Shown: in pieces, positions 10,924 to 22,392 of the stretch
Position numbering within the stretch: the stretch's first letter is position 1
How the letters are laid out: every line of letters starts with the position of its first letter
Assembly (NCBI RefSeq): GCF_001194135.2
Contig: NC_069003.1
Location: 9,359,506 to 9,395,830, forward strand
Direction of reading: 5' to 3'
DNA length: 36,325 bases
Origin: Octopus bimaculoides
Lineage: Eukaryota
Position numbers and translations under genes: made by a program
Notes under the pieces: generated by a model
What the model was told of the DNA's origin: nothing
Databases searched by the model: none
What the model saw: only the letters and a program-made list of their open reading frames with translations

Positions 10924-11805
10924 NNNNNNNNNNNNNNNNNNNNNNNNNNNNNNNNNNNNNNNNNNNNNNNNNNNNNNNNNNNNNNNNNNNNNNNNNNNNN
11001 NNNNNNNNNNNNNNNNNNNNNNNNNNNNNNNNNNNNNNNNNNNNNNNNNNNNNNNNNNNNNNNNNNNNNNNNNNNNNNNNNNNNNNNNNNNNNNNNNNNN
11101 NNNNNNNNNNNNNNNNNNNNNNNNNNNNNNNNNNNNNNNNNNNNNNNNNNNNNNNNNNNNNNNNNNNNNNNNNNNNNNNNNNNNNNNNNNNNNNNNNNNN
11201 NNNNNNNNNNNNNNNNNNNNNNNNNNNNNNNNNNNNNNNNNNNNNNNNNNNNNNNNNNNNNNNNNNNNNNNNNNNNNNNNNNNNNNNNNNNNNNNNNNNN
11301 NNNNNNNNNNNNNNNNNNNNNNNNNNNNNNNNNNNNNNNNNNNNNNNNNNNNNNNNNNNNNNNNNNNNNNNNNNNNNNNNNNNNNNNNNNNNNNNNNNNN
11401 NNNNNNNNNNNNNNNNNNNNNNNNNNNNNNNNNNNNNNNNNNNNNNNNNNNNNNNNNNNNNNNNNNNNNNNNNNNNNNNNNNNNNNNNNNNNNNNNNNNN
11501 NNNNNNNNNNNNNNNNNNNNNNNNNNNNNNNNNNNNNNNNNNNNNNNNNNNNNNNNNNNNNNNNNNNNNNNNNNNNNNNNNNNNNNNNNNNNNNNNNNNN
11601 NNNNNNNNNNNNNNNNNNNNNNNNNNNNNNNNNNNNNNNNNNNNNNNNNNNNTGTCACAGTTCTCACATTCTAATTGTTTACTGTCTTTAATTTCTCACG
11701 CGTTCCTATACAATTTCGATTCCAAGTTTCTAGGAAAACAAGAATGTCGGAAGCAAACAGAAAGGATTTCCTCCTCCTCCTCCGCCTCCTCGTCATCATC
11801 ATTAC

Positions 11806-11840
<35 letters not shown>

Positions 11841-12335
11841 CCTCCATTGTTTTCATCACGCGGCAGGTCTAAGACAGGTGTTGCTACAAAGGCTTGTAAA
11901 CCAGAGCAGGTGCTAGTCAAGCTAATTAGAAAAGGTGAACCAAAGAGGCAATCGCTTCACAACATGCTTGTGTTAACATTAGAAGGACCGAGTGCATCGC
12001 TTGATGCATTTTGAAATCTTAACTGCACACGATTCAGAAACTGAAGTCATAAGTTTCAATAGATTAATACATTTAATTAAGGGTTTCTACCGCTCTTTTT
12101 TCTTTTTTTTTTCCTTTCAAATTGAAAAAATGTCTTTGTGTCAACTGGTGCATTCTGGTCCTTAAAAGGTAGGTGAAAAGCTTGGTCCTTCTGCTCTTAA
12201 TAATGGCTCTTCACCATTCACCATTTCCTAAATATGCAATTTGAAGCGTGTGTTCTATGTGCTGGGACGTTTATCTGAAACATATGTGAGGAGAGAATAC
12301 CATTTGAAGGAGGAAATTATATAATTGCATTTCTT

Positions 12336-12508
12336 CCAGATTTCAAATTCCACTGATGCTGAATTTGCCTTTCAGCCTTTCGGGATTGATAAATTAAGTA
12401 CCAGTCAAGTACTGGGGGTTATGGGATCGACTTACGCCCTCCTCCAAAATTTCAGGCCTTGTGTCTACAGAAGAAAGGATTATTATTATCATTATTATTA
12501 TTATTATT
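12336..12508 (+). mobile_element. SINE type B, 5'-truncated, with (ATT)n tail
   Basis: ttcaaattcc...gcctttcagcctttcggg...aagtaccag...ggccttgtgtct..agaaagg(att)n. Confidence 0.75.
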
Positions 12509-12760
12509 GAGTGAGAGGGCAGTGCATGCCATCAAAGTGACACTGGGGTAAAATATACGAAGCCCATTATACCCATCATGACTACCTGTCTGATAAGGGT
12601 ACACCAGGCACATGCATCACAGCCATATGTGCGCAACATGGTGATCTCATATCAAGATAAACAGCGCATGACCTTGCAGGTGGGGCCCAGTTAGAATTTT
12701 CTTCAGGTCGAGTAGCCCATCCCACTCAAAAGGTCCCTGAATAAGGTTTGTTTAAGGATG
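12509..12760 (-). mobile_element. Probable retroposon 3' end abutting the (AAT)n tract
   Basis: Complex sequence bounded by ATT repeats on both sides; I recall it as an abundant octopus repeat, but there is only one copy here, so this cannot be verified in the window. Confidence 0.35.
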
Positions 12761-13843
12761 TTATTATTATTATTATNNNNNNNNNNNNNNNNNNNNNNNN
12801 NNNNNNNNNNNNNNNNNNNNNNNNNNNNNNNNNNNNNNNNNNNNNNNNNNNNNNNNNNNNNNNNNNNNNNNNNNNNNNNNNNNNNNNNNNNNNNNNNNNN
12901 NNNNNNNNNNNNNNNNNNNNNNNNNNNNNNNNNNNNNNNNNNNNNNNNNNNNNNNNNNNNNNNNNNNNNNNNNNNNNNNNNNNNNNNNNNNNNNNNNNNN
13001 NNNNNNNNNNNNNNNNNNNNNNNNNNNNNNNNNNNNNNNNNNNNNNNNNNNNNNTTGGAAACCATTATAATAATTTCATCATCATCAGCATTATCATCAT
13101 CATCATCATTATTATTATTATTATTATGATGATTATTATTATTATTATTGTCATTATTGTTATTGTTATTTTTATCATCATCATCATTATTATTATTTTT
13201 ATTTTTATTATTATTTTCATTATTGTAGCGTTATTGTTACTTTTATCATTATTATTATTATTATCATTATTATTATCATTATTGTTACATCAGAAATAAC
13301 TGTTGCTATATAAAATATTGTTATCATTGTTGTGAATAGTCAATAGATGATGGTATGCAGCAATGGAATAAAGGTTGCTTTCTTTCTTTTTTTTTCCTTT
13401 TTTTTTTTTTTTGCATAATCAATAAATTCTTATATCTTTCATCATCACCATCACCACCGCCATCATTCAGTCAGTCTTCCTTGCTTTAGATTTTCAATTT
13501 CTGGAACTGTGCAAGCAAGCCTTTGCTTTATTTTTCGAATATAATCAATGGCCAATCAATTGATTGATCAGCACCAGCAGCAATGCAGTTAATGCTGTTT
13601 TGCTTCAATAGCATATTCTTATAATTATTCCGTTTGTCCGTTTGTAAATGTGTAAGTTCGTATCGACGTTCTTGAGCTGCCGTTTGTTAGTGTTGTCATT
13701 GCAACTATCTGGTGTTGTTGTTGTTATTGTTGTTGTTGTTGCTTAGCCCCTGATTCAGCATCGGTTGAATATACCTAAGATGAAAGGTATGCCAGCCATG
13801 ACCATCCTGTCTTAGGCATGGCGTATCAAGGACTTTATTATTC

Positions 13844-14426
13844 TTTTCTACTCTGAGCACAAGGCCTGAAATTTTTAGGGGAGGTTGGGGCCAGTCGATT
13901 AGATCGACCCCAGTATGCAACTAGCACTTAATTTATGTTTTTCTACTCTAGGCACAAGGCCTGAAATTTTGGGGGAAGGGGCCAGTCGATTAGATCGACC
14001 CCAGTACGCAACTAGCACTTAATTTATCTTTCTCTACTCTAGGCACAAGACCTGAAATTTTTTGGGGAGCAGGGGCCAGTCGATTAGATCGACCCCAGTA
14101 CACAACTAGCACTTAATTTATCTTTTTCTACTCTAGGCACAAGGCCTGAAATTTTGGGGGAAGGGGCCAGTCGATTAGATCGACCCCAGTACGCAACTAG
14201 CACTTAATTTATCTTTTTCCACTCGAGGCACAAGGCCTGAAATTTTGGGGGAAGGGGCCAGTCGATTAGATCAACCCCAGTGTGTAACTGGTACTTGATT
14301 TATCAACCCTGAAAGGATGAAAGTCAAAGTCGACCTCGGTGGAATTTGAACTCAGAACATAGTGACGGGCAAAATACCAGTAAGCATCTCGTCCAGTGTG
14401 CTAACATCTCTGCCAGCTCGGCACCT
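13844..14426 (-). mobile_element. SINE type B whose 3' ~92 bp is present as five tandem copies
   Basis: Units start at 13848, 13943, 14034, 14128 and 14219; the last unit continues into a complete SINE head ending about 14426. Confidence 0.9.
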
Positions 14427-14442
14427 TAAAGGACCTTATTAT

Positions 14443-14619
14443 TTAACTGTTCAGCATTTAAATCCTCTGTATCTGGCCTCAATTTGCATTTCGTTTTATG
14501 TTTGAACTGGCCAGACCCAGATAGCACATGTTAGGGTCCCTGCCATGGCTTAGACTAGCATGCGAACCACTGTGAGTAAAGAGCTCCCGGTTCTCATTAG
14601 AACTTCCTTCTAGGGGTAG

Positions 14620-14682
<63 letters not shown>

Positions 14683-15084
14683 TTCTGCTGAGTTTCTCTC
14701 TACCAATTTCACTCATAAGGCATTGGTTAGCCCTGGGCTATAGTGGAAGGCACTGAAGGTACCATGCAGTGGGACTGAACCTGAGACCACATGTTTAGGA
14801 AGCAAGCTTCTCAGCCACAGGCCCACACCTGCTGAAGGGCTAAACCAACCATATCTGACCTATCATACCTGCTCTGCAATGCCCTTCCAGCAGTGAACAA
14901 TCACATCCGCAAAATCTCAAAACTTCAAGATGATGCATGATTAAAATCCAAAACATTGTGAATAGATAAGCATCACATTTGACAGGATAATGTGTGCGTG
15001 TATAAAGAGAGAAAGAGGGAGAGAGATGTAATATACAATATAACGAGTATTTCTTAGTTTATAAGTTTGTGAATGAAGGGTTAA
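14443..15084 (+). mobile_element. Degraded piggyBac-like MITE split by later insertions
   Basis: ttaactgttcagcatttaaa at 14443; internal matches (aacaatcacatc, aagcatcacatttgacagg) to the reverse complement of 31903-32133; aagggTTAA at 15076-15084. Confidence 0.45.
14682..14832 (-). mobile_element. SINE type A, 5' half
   Basis: gggactgaacc (B box, reverse complement) and gaagcaagcttc..agccac (head, reverse complement), adjoining (CA)n. Confidence 0.7.
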
Positions 15085-15754
15085 CTGTTCTTTCTTGCTT
15101 TTGAACGGTCATGCTGTTTCAGTGTAAACAAGGACCAAGCGCTGCTCCAACAATGAGCAAGGTTTGGGGGTTGAGGTTGGTGTGTTTGGTTTTGGCAAAG
15201 GTCCTAAACCATGTGTAGTATCAAGGTGGAAGAACTAAAAATTGATTTGCCAGCTTTGAATCAAATTATTAATAATGGAGACTGTTAATTGGTGATGGCA
15301 GATGCTATTAATACGCGACACCAATAAATTCTGCAGAGTGTTTGGTCTTGTTCGGTTTTATTTTTCTGAAGTTCAAGTCCACTCAGAATTGACTATCTGT
15401 TTCTAGTTTAATAAGATGAACACAAGAACTATTCTGGAACCAATTTATTAGATTATATCTCAAAACTTCACCTCCACCACCAAAAAAAAATGACCTTTTT
15501 CATTGGTCAAAGTTGTGCAGTATAAAGACCAATAACAATGGTCAAATTATGATTCTGTTTTGGACAGTTAACTTCATTGTTTGTAAAATAGCACTCTATA
15601 GGATTGACTGGACTGTCAGAGACATTTATGTGTTCAAATCTCGCAAAGGATAACTTTGGCTTTTATACTTCAGGGCCATAGTAGAAGACACCTACTCAAA
15701 GCACAATCAGTGGGATTGAACCTGAAACCACATAGTACAGGGCCTATTTAAGCC

Positions 15755-15923
15755 TTAACCCTTTGGCATTTAAACTGGCCATATCAGGCCCAAATATTCT
15801 ATTTGTTTTACGTTCAACTTCTCACACCTACCCTACAGTGTCATTCTAAAAATAAACAAACCACATGTTGAAATTTTGGAGCTACATGATTATTAATTCA
15901 AAACAATATGTGTAAGTAAGTAC
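15755..15923 (+). mobile_element. piggyBac-like MITE, left portion
   Basis: Starts TTAA-CCCTTT; aligns with the reverse complement of 31903-32133. Confidence 0.65.
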
Positions 15924-16056
15924 TTTTTTTCTAAGCCTAGTATTTATTCTGCCCATTCTGTTTTGCTGAACTGCTAAGTTATACAGATGTAAGTACACTA
16001 ACATTGATTATTAAGTGGAGTTGGCAGGGACAAACACAGATATGAAGAGATGCACT

Positions 16057-16132
<76 letters not shown>

Positions 16133-17444
16133 TAGGCATATGTATGTATGATGGGCTTCATGTGTGTGTGAATGTATATGTCATATGAGTTATATCAACG
16201 TAACCTAATTATAACATGTATACATGAAATATGTGTTACACTCATAGATGATATATCTGCCTAACATGGTTATATGTTGTATCCTTCTTATAATACAGTT
16301 ATATTAAAACAATACGCTACATATTTCTTAGTGATATCATGCATACACACACACACACACACAGTTTATTGTTATACATTCGTTAATAAGAAGAAAATTA
16401 ACGATGGGGAAACACACTTAGAACATATTGTCCAGAAGGCATACCGATGGCTGAGGTTTTTTCCACCCCCCACACAGCCTTTCACATGTGCCTGCACGCT
16501 TAAGAGAGAAGAGAGAGAAATGAGGAGGGAAAGAGAGAGAGAGAGAGGGGGGGTGAGAGGCTCGCTCCGTATCACACAAGCTCATATTTACAAGCTGTTG
16601 TGACCACAGATGCTAATTTTTCATGCCGGTGCATTGCCGAGCAGCGATAAACATCGGCCCATTATATTAAGTACAATGCTTCGTTAGACAAACCTTTTGT
16701 TGGCTGATTGCAATTGAAGAACTGATTCAATACTTCGTTAAGTGCTATCTCCCTGCAAGCAAAGCATGAGCGAGCACACAAACACACACACACACACACA
16801 CTCACATGCACATTCACACACACACATGCACGTAGTATTGAGTTGCTCCATCTGGGATCTTGGGATAAGATGTTTAAGAGCCAAACTATCAATGATACAG
16901 GGTATCTTCAGAAGACTTTCTATGCAACCAGAATCGGAAAAGGGAATATACAGAGGGTGTTTGAGCTAAATTTGGTAATTTTTTTTTTTTATGTTTCCTT
17001 TTTTCTTGAAAGCTTGGAGTATTATTGGTGAACAGTCGATGGCGTTGGGGCGAATAAGGATTAAGGTTCTAGTTGAGAGAAAGGTAGCTCATATGGAGGA
17101 CAGGAAGCCATTTGAATATTAGAAAAGAATTACTTGTGTCAGGATGATTTGTGCCAGGTATCGAAATGTCAACATCATGGATGACGACCAATTCTCTGTG
17201 AACGCTGTAAAGGATGTCACATGTGACATGAACATGATAAAAGCCAATTTACCCTAAATTGTGATGGTCTTTCGTTGTGTCTCCAGTGAAAAGAGTGACA
17301 TCCTACCACTTAACATATTTGAGCACAGCCTTAGGCTCGATTCAGACAGATCCAAGCCATCACTGGAACTGCAAAAATCGGTAAAACTTTCCAGAAGAAA
17401 ATTACTATTTTCAAATCTCGTGAGAGATATTCAGCAACAGTACT

Positions 17445-17625
17445 TTGTAGTAAAGATTGTTTGTCAACATAACATGGCAGTTCTGGTTTAGGACGAATGC
17501 TGCTGTAATTTAGCCCCAGGAAACAGATTGTGTTGTATAGCCAGCTGGAGACGATGCTAAATTACAGGAACATTCATCCTAAACCAGGACTGCCATGTTA
17601 TGTTGGCAAACAATCTTTACTACAA
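17445..17625. repeat. Inverted repeat, 70-bp arms (5 mismatches), 41-bp spacer; MITE-like
   Basis: 17445-17514 is the reverse complement of 17556-17625. Confidence 0.9.
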
Positions 17626-17727
17626 CTTTCCAGACGTTTATCATTTAAGTCTATATGCACATGTCTAGACATGCAACTATATGCATGAGAAGACCTGCAT
17701 AAAACAACACATAAAAATTTACACGTA

Positions 17728-17761
<34 letters not shown>

Positions 17762-17774
17762 CATACATAAAAAA

Positions 17775-17895
17775 ATACCCTGTTGATATTGTTGAAATTC
17801 CAGTGAAGGAACCTTGGATCTAGGTTAGAAACCGGCTCTCTCCTTATTGACAAGAAATCTTGATATAAAACTAAATAATGATATACATACATACA
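17775..17895 (+). mobile_element. Short repeat-like insert bounded by (CATA)n
   Basis: (CATA)n on both sides; contains a small hairpin followed by GAAACCGG; single copy in the window. Confidence 0.3.
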
Positions 17896-18436
17896 CACAT
17901 TACCTCATTAGTGAATTCCTGTCCAGTCGTCCATGTTAACTTGGATTAAATTGCTTTTGTAAGTAAAAAAGAAAAATCAGTCATTTGCACTTTGGAGTGG
18001 GAAAGTGTAATTTTTTTTGGTTGTTTTCTCCATTTAAAAAATTTTTTATTATTTTTTTATTCTCTCACAATCAGGTGTCTCTTTTAATAATAACCGATCA
18101 AGTGTAATCAGATTAGATATAGTATATTACAGCTGCCTGTCCAACCACGGTTGACTGAGTTTATTAACTGAATATTATTACGGCTGCTGGTGCTCCTGAT
18201 GATGTCTTTAATATTCAAAAACCGATAGTCGTAGTGCATACACCACCACCTACAACTACTACAACAACCTCAAAACCTTTGGACCTCAGAGTGATTAGGC
18301 TAGACAGTTAACTTCCAAATGAGCAGATCTNNNNNNNNNNNNNNNNNNNNNNNNNNNNNNNNNNNNNNNNNNNNNNNNNNNNNNNNNNNNNNNNNNNNNN
18401 NNNNNNNNNNNNNNNNNNNNNNNNNNNNNNNNNNNN

Positions 18437-18720
18437 TGCCAAGTAGTTCAGTATGAAAAAACCTTTATCGGTAAAACCATTTATAATCATAAATACAGGG
18501 ATTAGCATGAGTTGCTTCTCCAACATACTGTTTTTTGTTCTGTGTGTGCCATAAATATCGCCATCCGTTAGAGAAAAAATTTGTAGTTTGGAATCAGTAG
18601 TTCTTTGACTGCTATTTCTAAATTTTCAGTATGTTGGAGAAGCAACTCATGCTAATCCCTGTATTTATGATTATAAATGGTTTTACCGATAAAGGTTTTT
18701 TCATACTGAACTACTTGGCA
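18437..18720. repeat. Perfect 94-bp inverted repeat with 96-bp spacer, left arm abutting an N gap
   Basis: 18437-18530 is the exact reverse complement of 18627-18720. Confidence 0.9.
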
Positions 18721-18842
18721 AAATTGTTAATTATTAATTTTATTACTAATTGACGATTCCCTGCCCTATATCTGTATTAATATATATATATACACACACA
18801 CACACATATATACATACATATATATATGTGTGTGAGTGTGTG

Positions 18843-19112
18843 GACACATGGTTCAGTGGTAAGAGTGTTGGGCTCAGAATCCTGAGCTAGTGAGTTTGAT
18901 TCTTGGATCAGGCAGTGCGTTGCGTTCGTTCTTGAGCAAGACACTTTATTTCATGTAGCTCCAGTCTACTCAGCTGCAGAAATGAGTTGCTACATCACTG
19001 GTGCCAAGATGTATCAGCCCCTTTGCCTGTCCCTTGGATAACTTGTGCTTTGGCGGGGAACTTTCTAGGCACAATCCCTTGGTCATTCATGACAGAAGGG
19101 GGTCTTTACCCT
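18843..19112 (+). mobile_element. SINE type C (tRNA-like head, CORE-like body)
   Basis: tggttcagtgg A box; cttgagcaagacactttatttca..ctccagtctactcagctgcagaaatgag matches the reverse complement of 33111-33443. Confidence 0.8.
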
Positions 19113-19132
19113 TTGTGTGTGTGTGTGTGTGA

Positions 19133-19418
19133 AGGCACAAGGCTTAGTGGCTAAGGTATTGAGTGGTTAGGTTGTGAGTTCAATTCCAGGTGGTGTGTTG
19201 TGTCCTTGAGCAAGACACTTTATTTCATGTCGTTCCAGTCCACTCAGCTGGTGAAAATGAGAGGTACCTGTAATTCAAAGGGCCAGCCTTGTCACACTCT
19301 GTGTCGGGCTCACTATGTTAAGGGTAGGCAGGTTTATTTGCACATTAATCTCATGAGCAGATCGTCCTGTTGATCGGATCAACTGAAACCCTCATTGACC
19401 TGACCAACTGAGGGCCCC
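19133..19418 (+). mobile_element. SINE with type C head/CORE-like body but a different 3' tail
   Basis: gttcaattcc B box and ccttgagcaagacactttatttcatg shared with 18843; sequence after aaatgag is unrelated to the type C tail. Confidence 0.65.
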
Positions 19419-19652
19419 TGTGTGTGTGTGTGTCTTGTCTAGATAAAGGGTACTTTATGTTTTGAGCAAAGGTCTTCTTAGAAACAGGAGACAGAGGAAA
19501 GTCCAAGAGAAAAAATCGCTAACAATCTACATGTAGTTACATTTTGGAATGTACCAATGTATTACACCTCCTTATTCATTTGGAGTATACCATTTCTTCA
19601 CCTTGGTTATATATATATATATATATATAATGATATATAAATATATGTAAGG

Positions 19653-19719
19653 ATATATGCATATATTTATATATTATTTATATTATATGATCGAACGCCA
19701 CGCATCCTTTTCCAAGTAA

Positions 19720-19724
<5 letters not shown>
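19653..19724 (+). mobile_element. 3' end of the same repeat as 62-305
   Basis: atatatgcatat...gaacgccacgcatccttttccaagtaagtttt matches 236-305. Confidence 0.75.
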
Positions 19725-19760
<36 letters not shown>

Positions 19761-19780
19761 GTGTGTGTGTGTGTATGTAT

Positions 19781-19933
19781 TCTTTTTTACTCTAAGTACA
19801 AGGCCAGAAATTTTTGGGGAGGAAGCCAGTCGATTAGATCGATCCCAGTATGCAACTGGTACTTAAATTATCGATCCTGAAAGGATGAAAGGCAAAGTCG
19901 ACCTCGGCGGAATTTGAACTCGGAACATAGCGG
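19781..19933 (-). mobile_element. SINE type B, head lost in gap
   Basis: Tail and B box (ggaatttgaactc) are intact. Confidence 0.85.
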
Positions 19934-20559
19934 NNNNNNNNNNNNNNNNNNNNNNNNNNNNNNNNNNNNNNNNNNNNNNNNNNNNNNNNNNNNNNNNNNN
20001 NNNNNNNNNNNNNNNNNNNNNNNNNNNNNNNNNNNNNNNNNNNNNNNNNNNNNNNNNNNNTGCCCCTGTTTCTCTTTCTCTCTCAATATGGAAGTACCTG
20101 CCCTTTCTCTGTCTCTTTTTTTTCTCTTTGTCTATCTCTCTGTCACTCTCTTCTGCTTCTGTCTGTCTGTCTGTCTATCTGTCTCTCCCAATAAAGAAGT
20201 GCCCCCCCCCACCTCATTTACACCACTTCATTTACCACATTATAATCTTCTGTCCAAAACCCACTTATTTAAAGACGGGTCTTTCAGATATTTTCTTGAG
20301 CCAAACTGTTTTTCTTTTAGCACAGGTTGTAATTAAAAACCACCACTACCACCACCACCACCATTGTCTATCGTTCTTGTTTTGTATAACATCGTTATTG
20401 ACATCACTGATATTAACAGGTATAGACACTAACACACACACACACAGGTAGAATGGAGTTAGTTATGGGTGGGTACCAAAGGTAATTATTAGTAAAGAAA
20501 AAAAGTGCCTTTATGCCAATCAATGGTCTTCCTGACAAATAAATCTATGTCTGCACATC

Positions 20560-21770
20560 ACACGCGAGAACAAATACATATGCTAATACACACACACATA
20601 TACATATCTGTACACAAACACACACGCACATACACATATATGCATGCATACACATATATATGTAGATATGATGGCTACCCATCACACACACATACATACA
20701 TTGCCTTAACATTATACACATTTATGGTGACTGGACATCACACACACACTGACACACACATATGCGTCACACATATGTCTCCATACAAACACACACACAC
20801 ACACATATGCTGACATACATATACACGTCTCTATGCAAACACACATATGCTGACACACACACACACACATATGCTGACACACGCACACACACACATATGT
20901 TGACACACATATACATGTCTCTATGCAAACACACACATATGTTGACACACACACACATACAAGTCCCCATGCAAACAAACACACACACACACACACACAC
21001 ACATATGCTGACACACATATACATGTAAACACACATATGCTGACACACACATATACATGTCTCCATGCAAACACATACACACACATAATGATACACATAT
21101 CTCTACATACAAACATACCCACACAGTGACACACATATACATGTGTCTATGTGCACACACACACACACACACACACATTTGCATACAAACTTGTACACAT
21201 ACAGAGGCTACTCATCCAATGTCAGATGACTGCACACCGCACACCCACATACTGACACATATCTATACACACATGCATGCATACACACATACACCCATGT
21301 ACAAAACGACAGGCATACATATACACACAGTAGCTGCACTACACGCACACATCTACACCCTACCTATACAACTCATTTCACAACCCACTCGCATTCACTC
21401 CCACACATACATGCACTCGCATGCTTACCCACACTAACGCACACACACACACACACACATACGTACACATATGCAGTGTATCTGCGCCTAATAACCTACG
21501 CATACATACACACAGAGCAGAACAACCTTCCCTTACACACAAAGAAGAATATCACACACACACACACACACATACACACGCACAGAACAAAGCTCCTTCC
21601 CCCACATACACACAAAGCAGAACAACCTTCCCTGGCACACAGAACAACCCACATTCACACACACACACACACACACACAGAACAAAGCCCCTTCCCTCGC
21701 ATACATGCACACACAGAGAAGAACAACTCACACACAGAACAACCCCCACACATACACACAGTATCTTTCC
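20560..21770. repeat. (CA)-rich compound minisatellite
   Basis: Recurring acatatgctgacac / atacatgtctctatgcaaac units (20750-21070) and cagaacaacc / cagaacaaagc units (21510-21750). Confidence 0.8.
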
Positions 21771-22139
21771 CACCACCACAACCACCTACACAAGCATTCA
21801 TATCTTTATATACATTGATTACTTTAATCTAGTTATGGGGTAGGTGTTGAGTCTGTGAAAAACACAACAGAAACAGCTCTCACCCTCCTCAAAAAAAAAA
21901 AAGACCTAAAAACAACAAGAAAAACAACAAAAACAGACTAAGCAACAAACTGGTATCTTAAAATCTCTAGCACCACAGTTGCCTGTCCAGTCTTTGTTTA
22001 CCACCTGCCTAATTAGTCAAACATCCCTGAAACAACCTTCCTTTGTTGGTTTATTAGCTTTGTGGGTGATGAAAGTCAGACAGACAAAGAGACAAATAAC
22101 CTAACCAGCTGACCCTTCCCAAGTACATAGGTCAGATAA

Positions 22140-22181
<42 letters not shown>

Positions 22182-22186
22182 ATATG

Positions 22187-22392
22187 TTCTTTTTGTTTCA
22201 GTCGTTTGACTGTGGGCCATGCTGGAGTATCACCTTTAGTCGAACAAATCGACCCCCAGGACTTATTCTTTGTAAGCCTAGGACTTACCACATCCGGCCT
22301 CTTTTGCCAAACTGCAAAGTTACGGGGATGTAAACACACCAACGTCAGTTGTCAAGCAATAGTGAGGGATAAACACAGACACACAAACATAT
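22187..22392 (-). mobile_element. SINE type A, 3' half (rest in microsatellite/gap)
   Basis: Reverse complement of the gaaacaagtaaaag tail, ccatgctggag and gttgtcaagc. Confidence 0.8.

Noticed and set aside
9256-12014. ORFs of 260-447 aa
   Set aside because: Mostly X from gaps plus CT/CTAT repeats; the complex tail (11650-12014) shows no recognisable domain or clear splice context.
13848-14310. Regularly spaced repeats resembling a CRISPR array
   Set aside because: Units are contiguous copies of a SINE tail with no unique spacers; eukaryotic context, no cas genes.
17261-17491. 76-aa complex-sequence ORF
   Set aside because: No recognisable motif, non-ATG start, and its end runs into the inverted-repeat arm.
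18195-18235. CTGATGA at about 18196
   Set aside because: No helix II or GAAA partner with matching helices nearby; other tcatcag hits (about 3264, 25234) likewise lack hammerhead context.
20712-21843. Cys/Val- and His/Thr-rich ORFs suggestive of metal-binding proteins
   Set aside because: Translations of (CA)n/(TG)n minisatellites.
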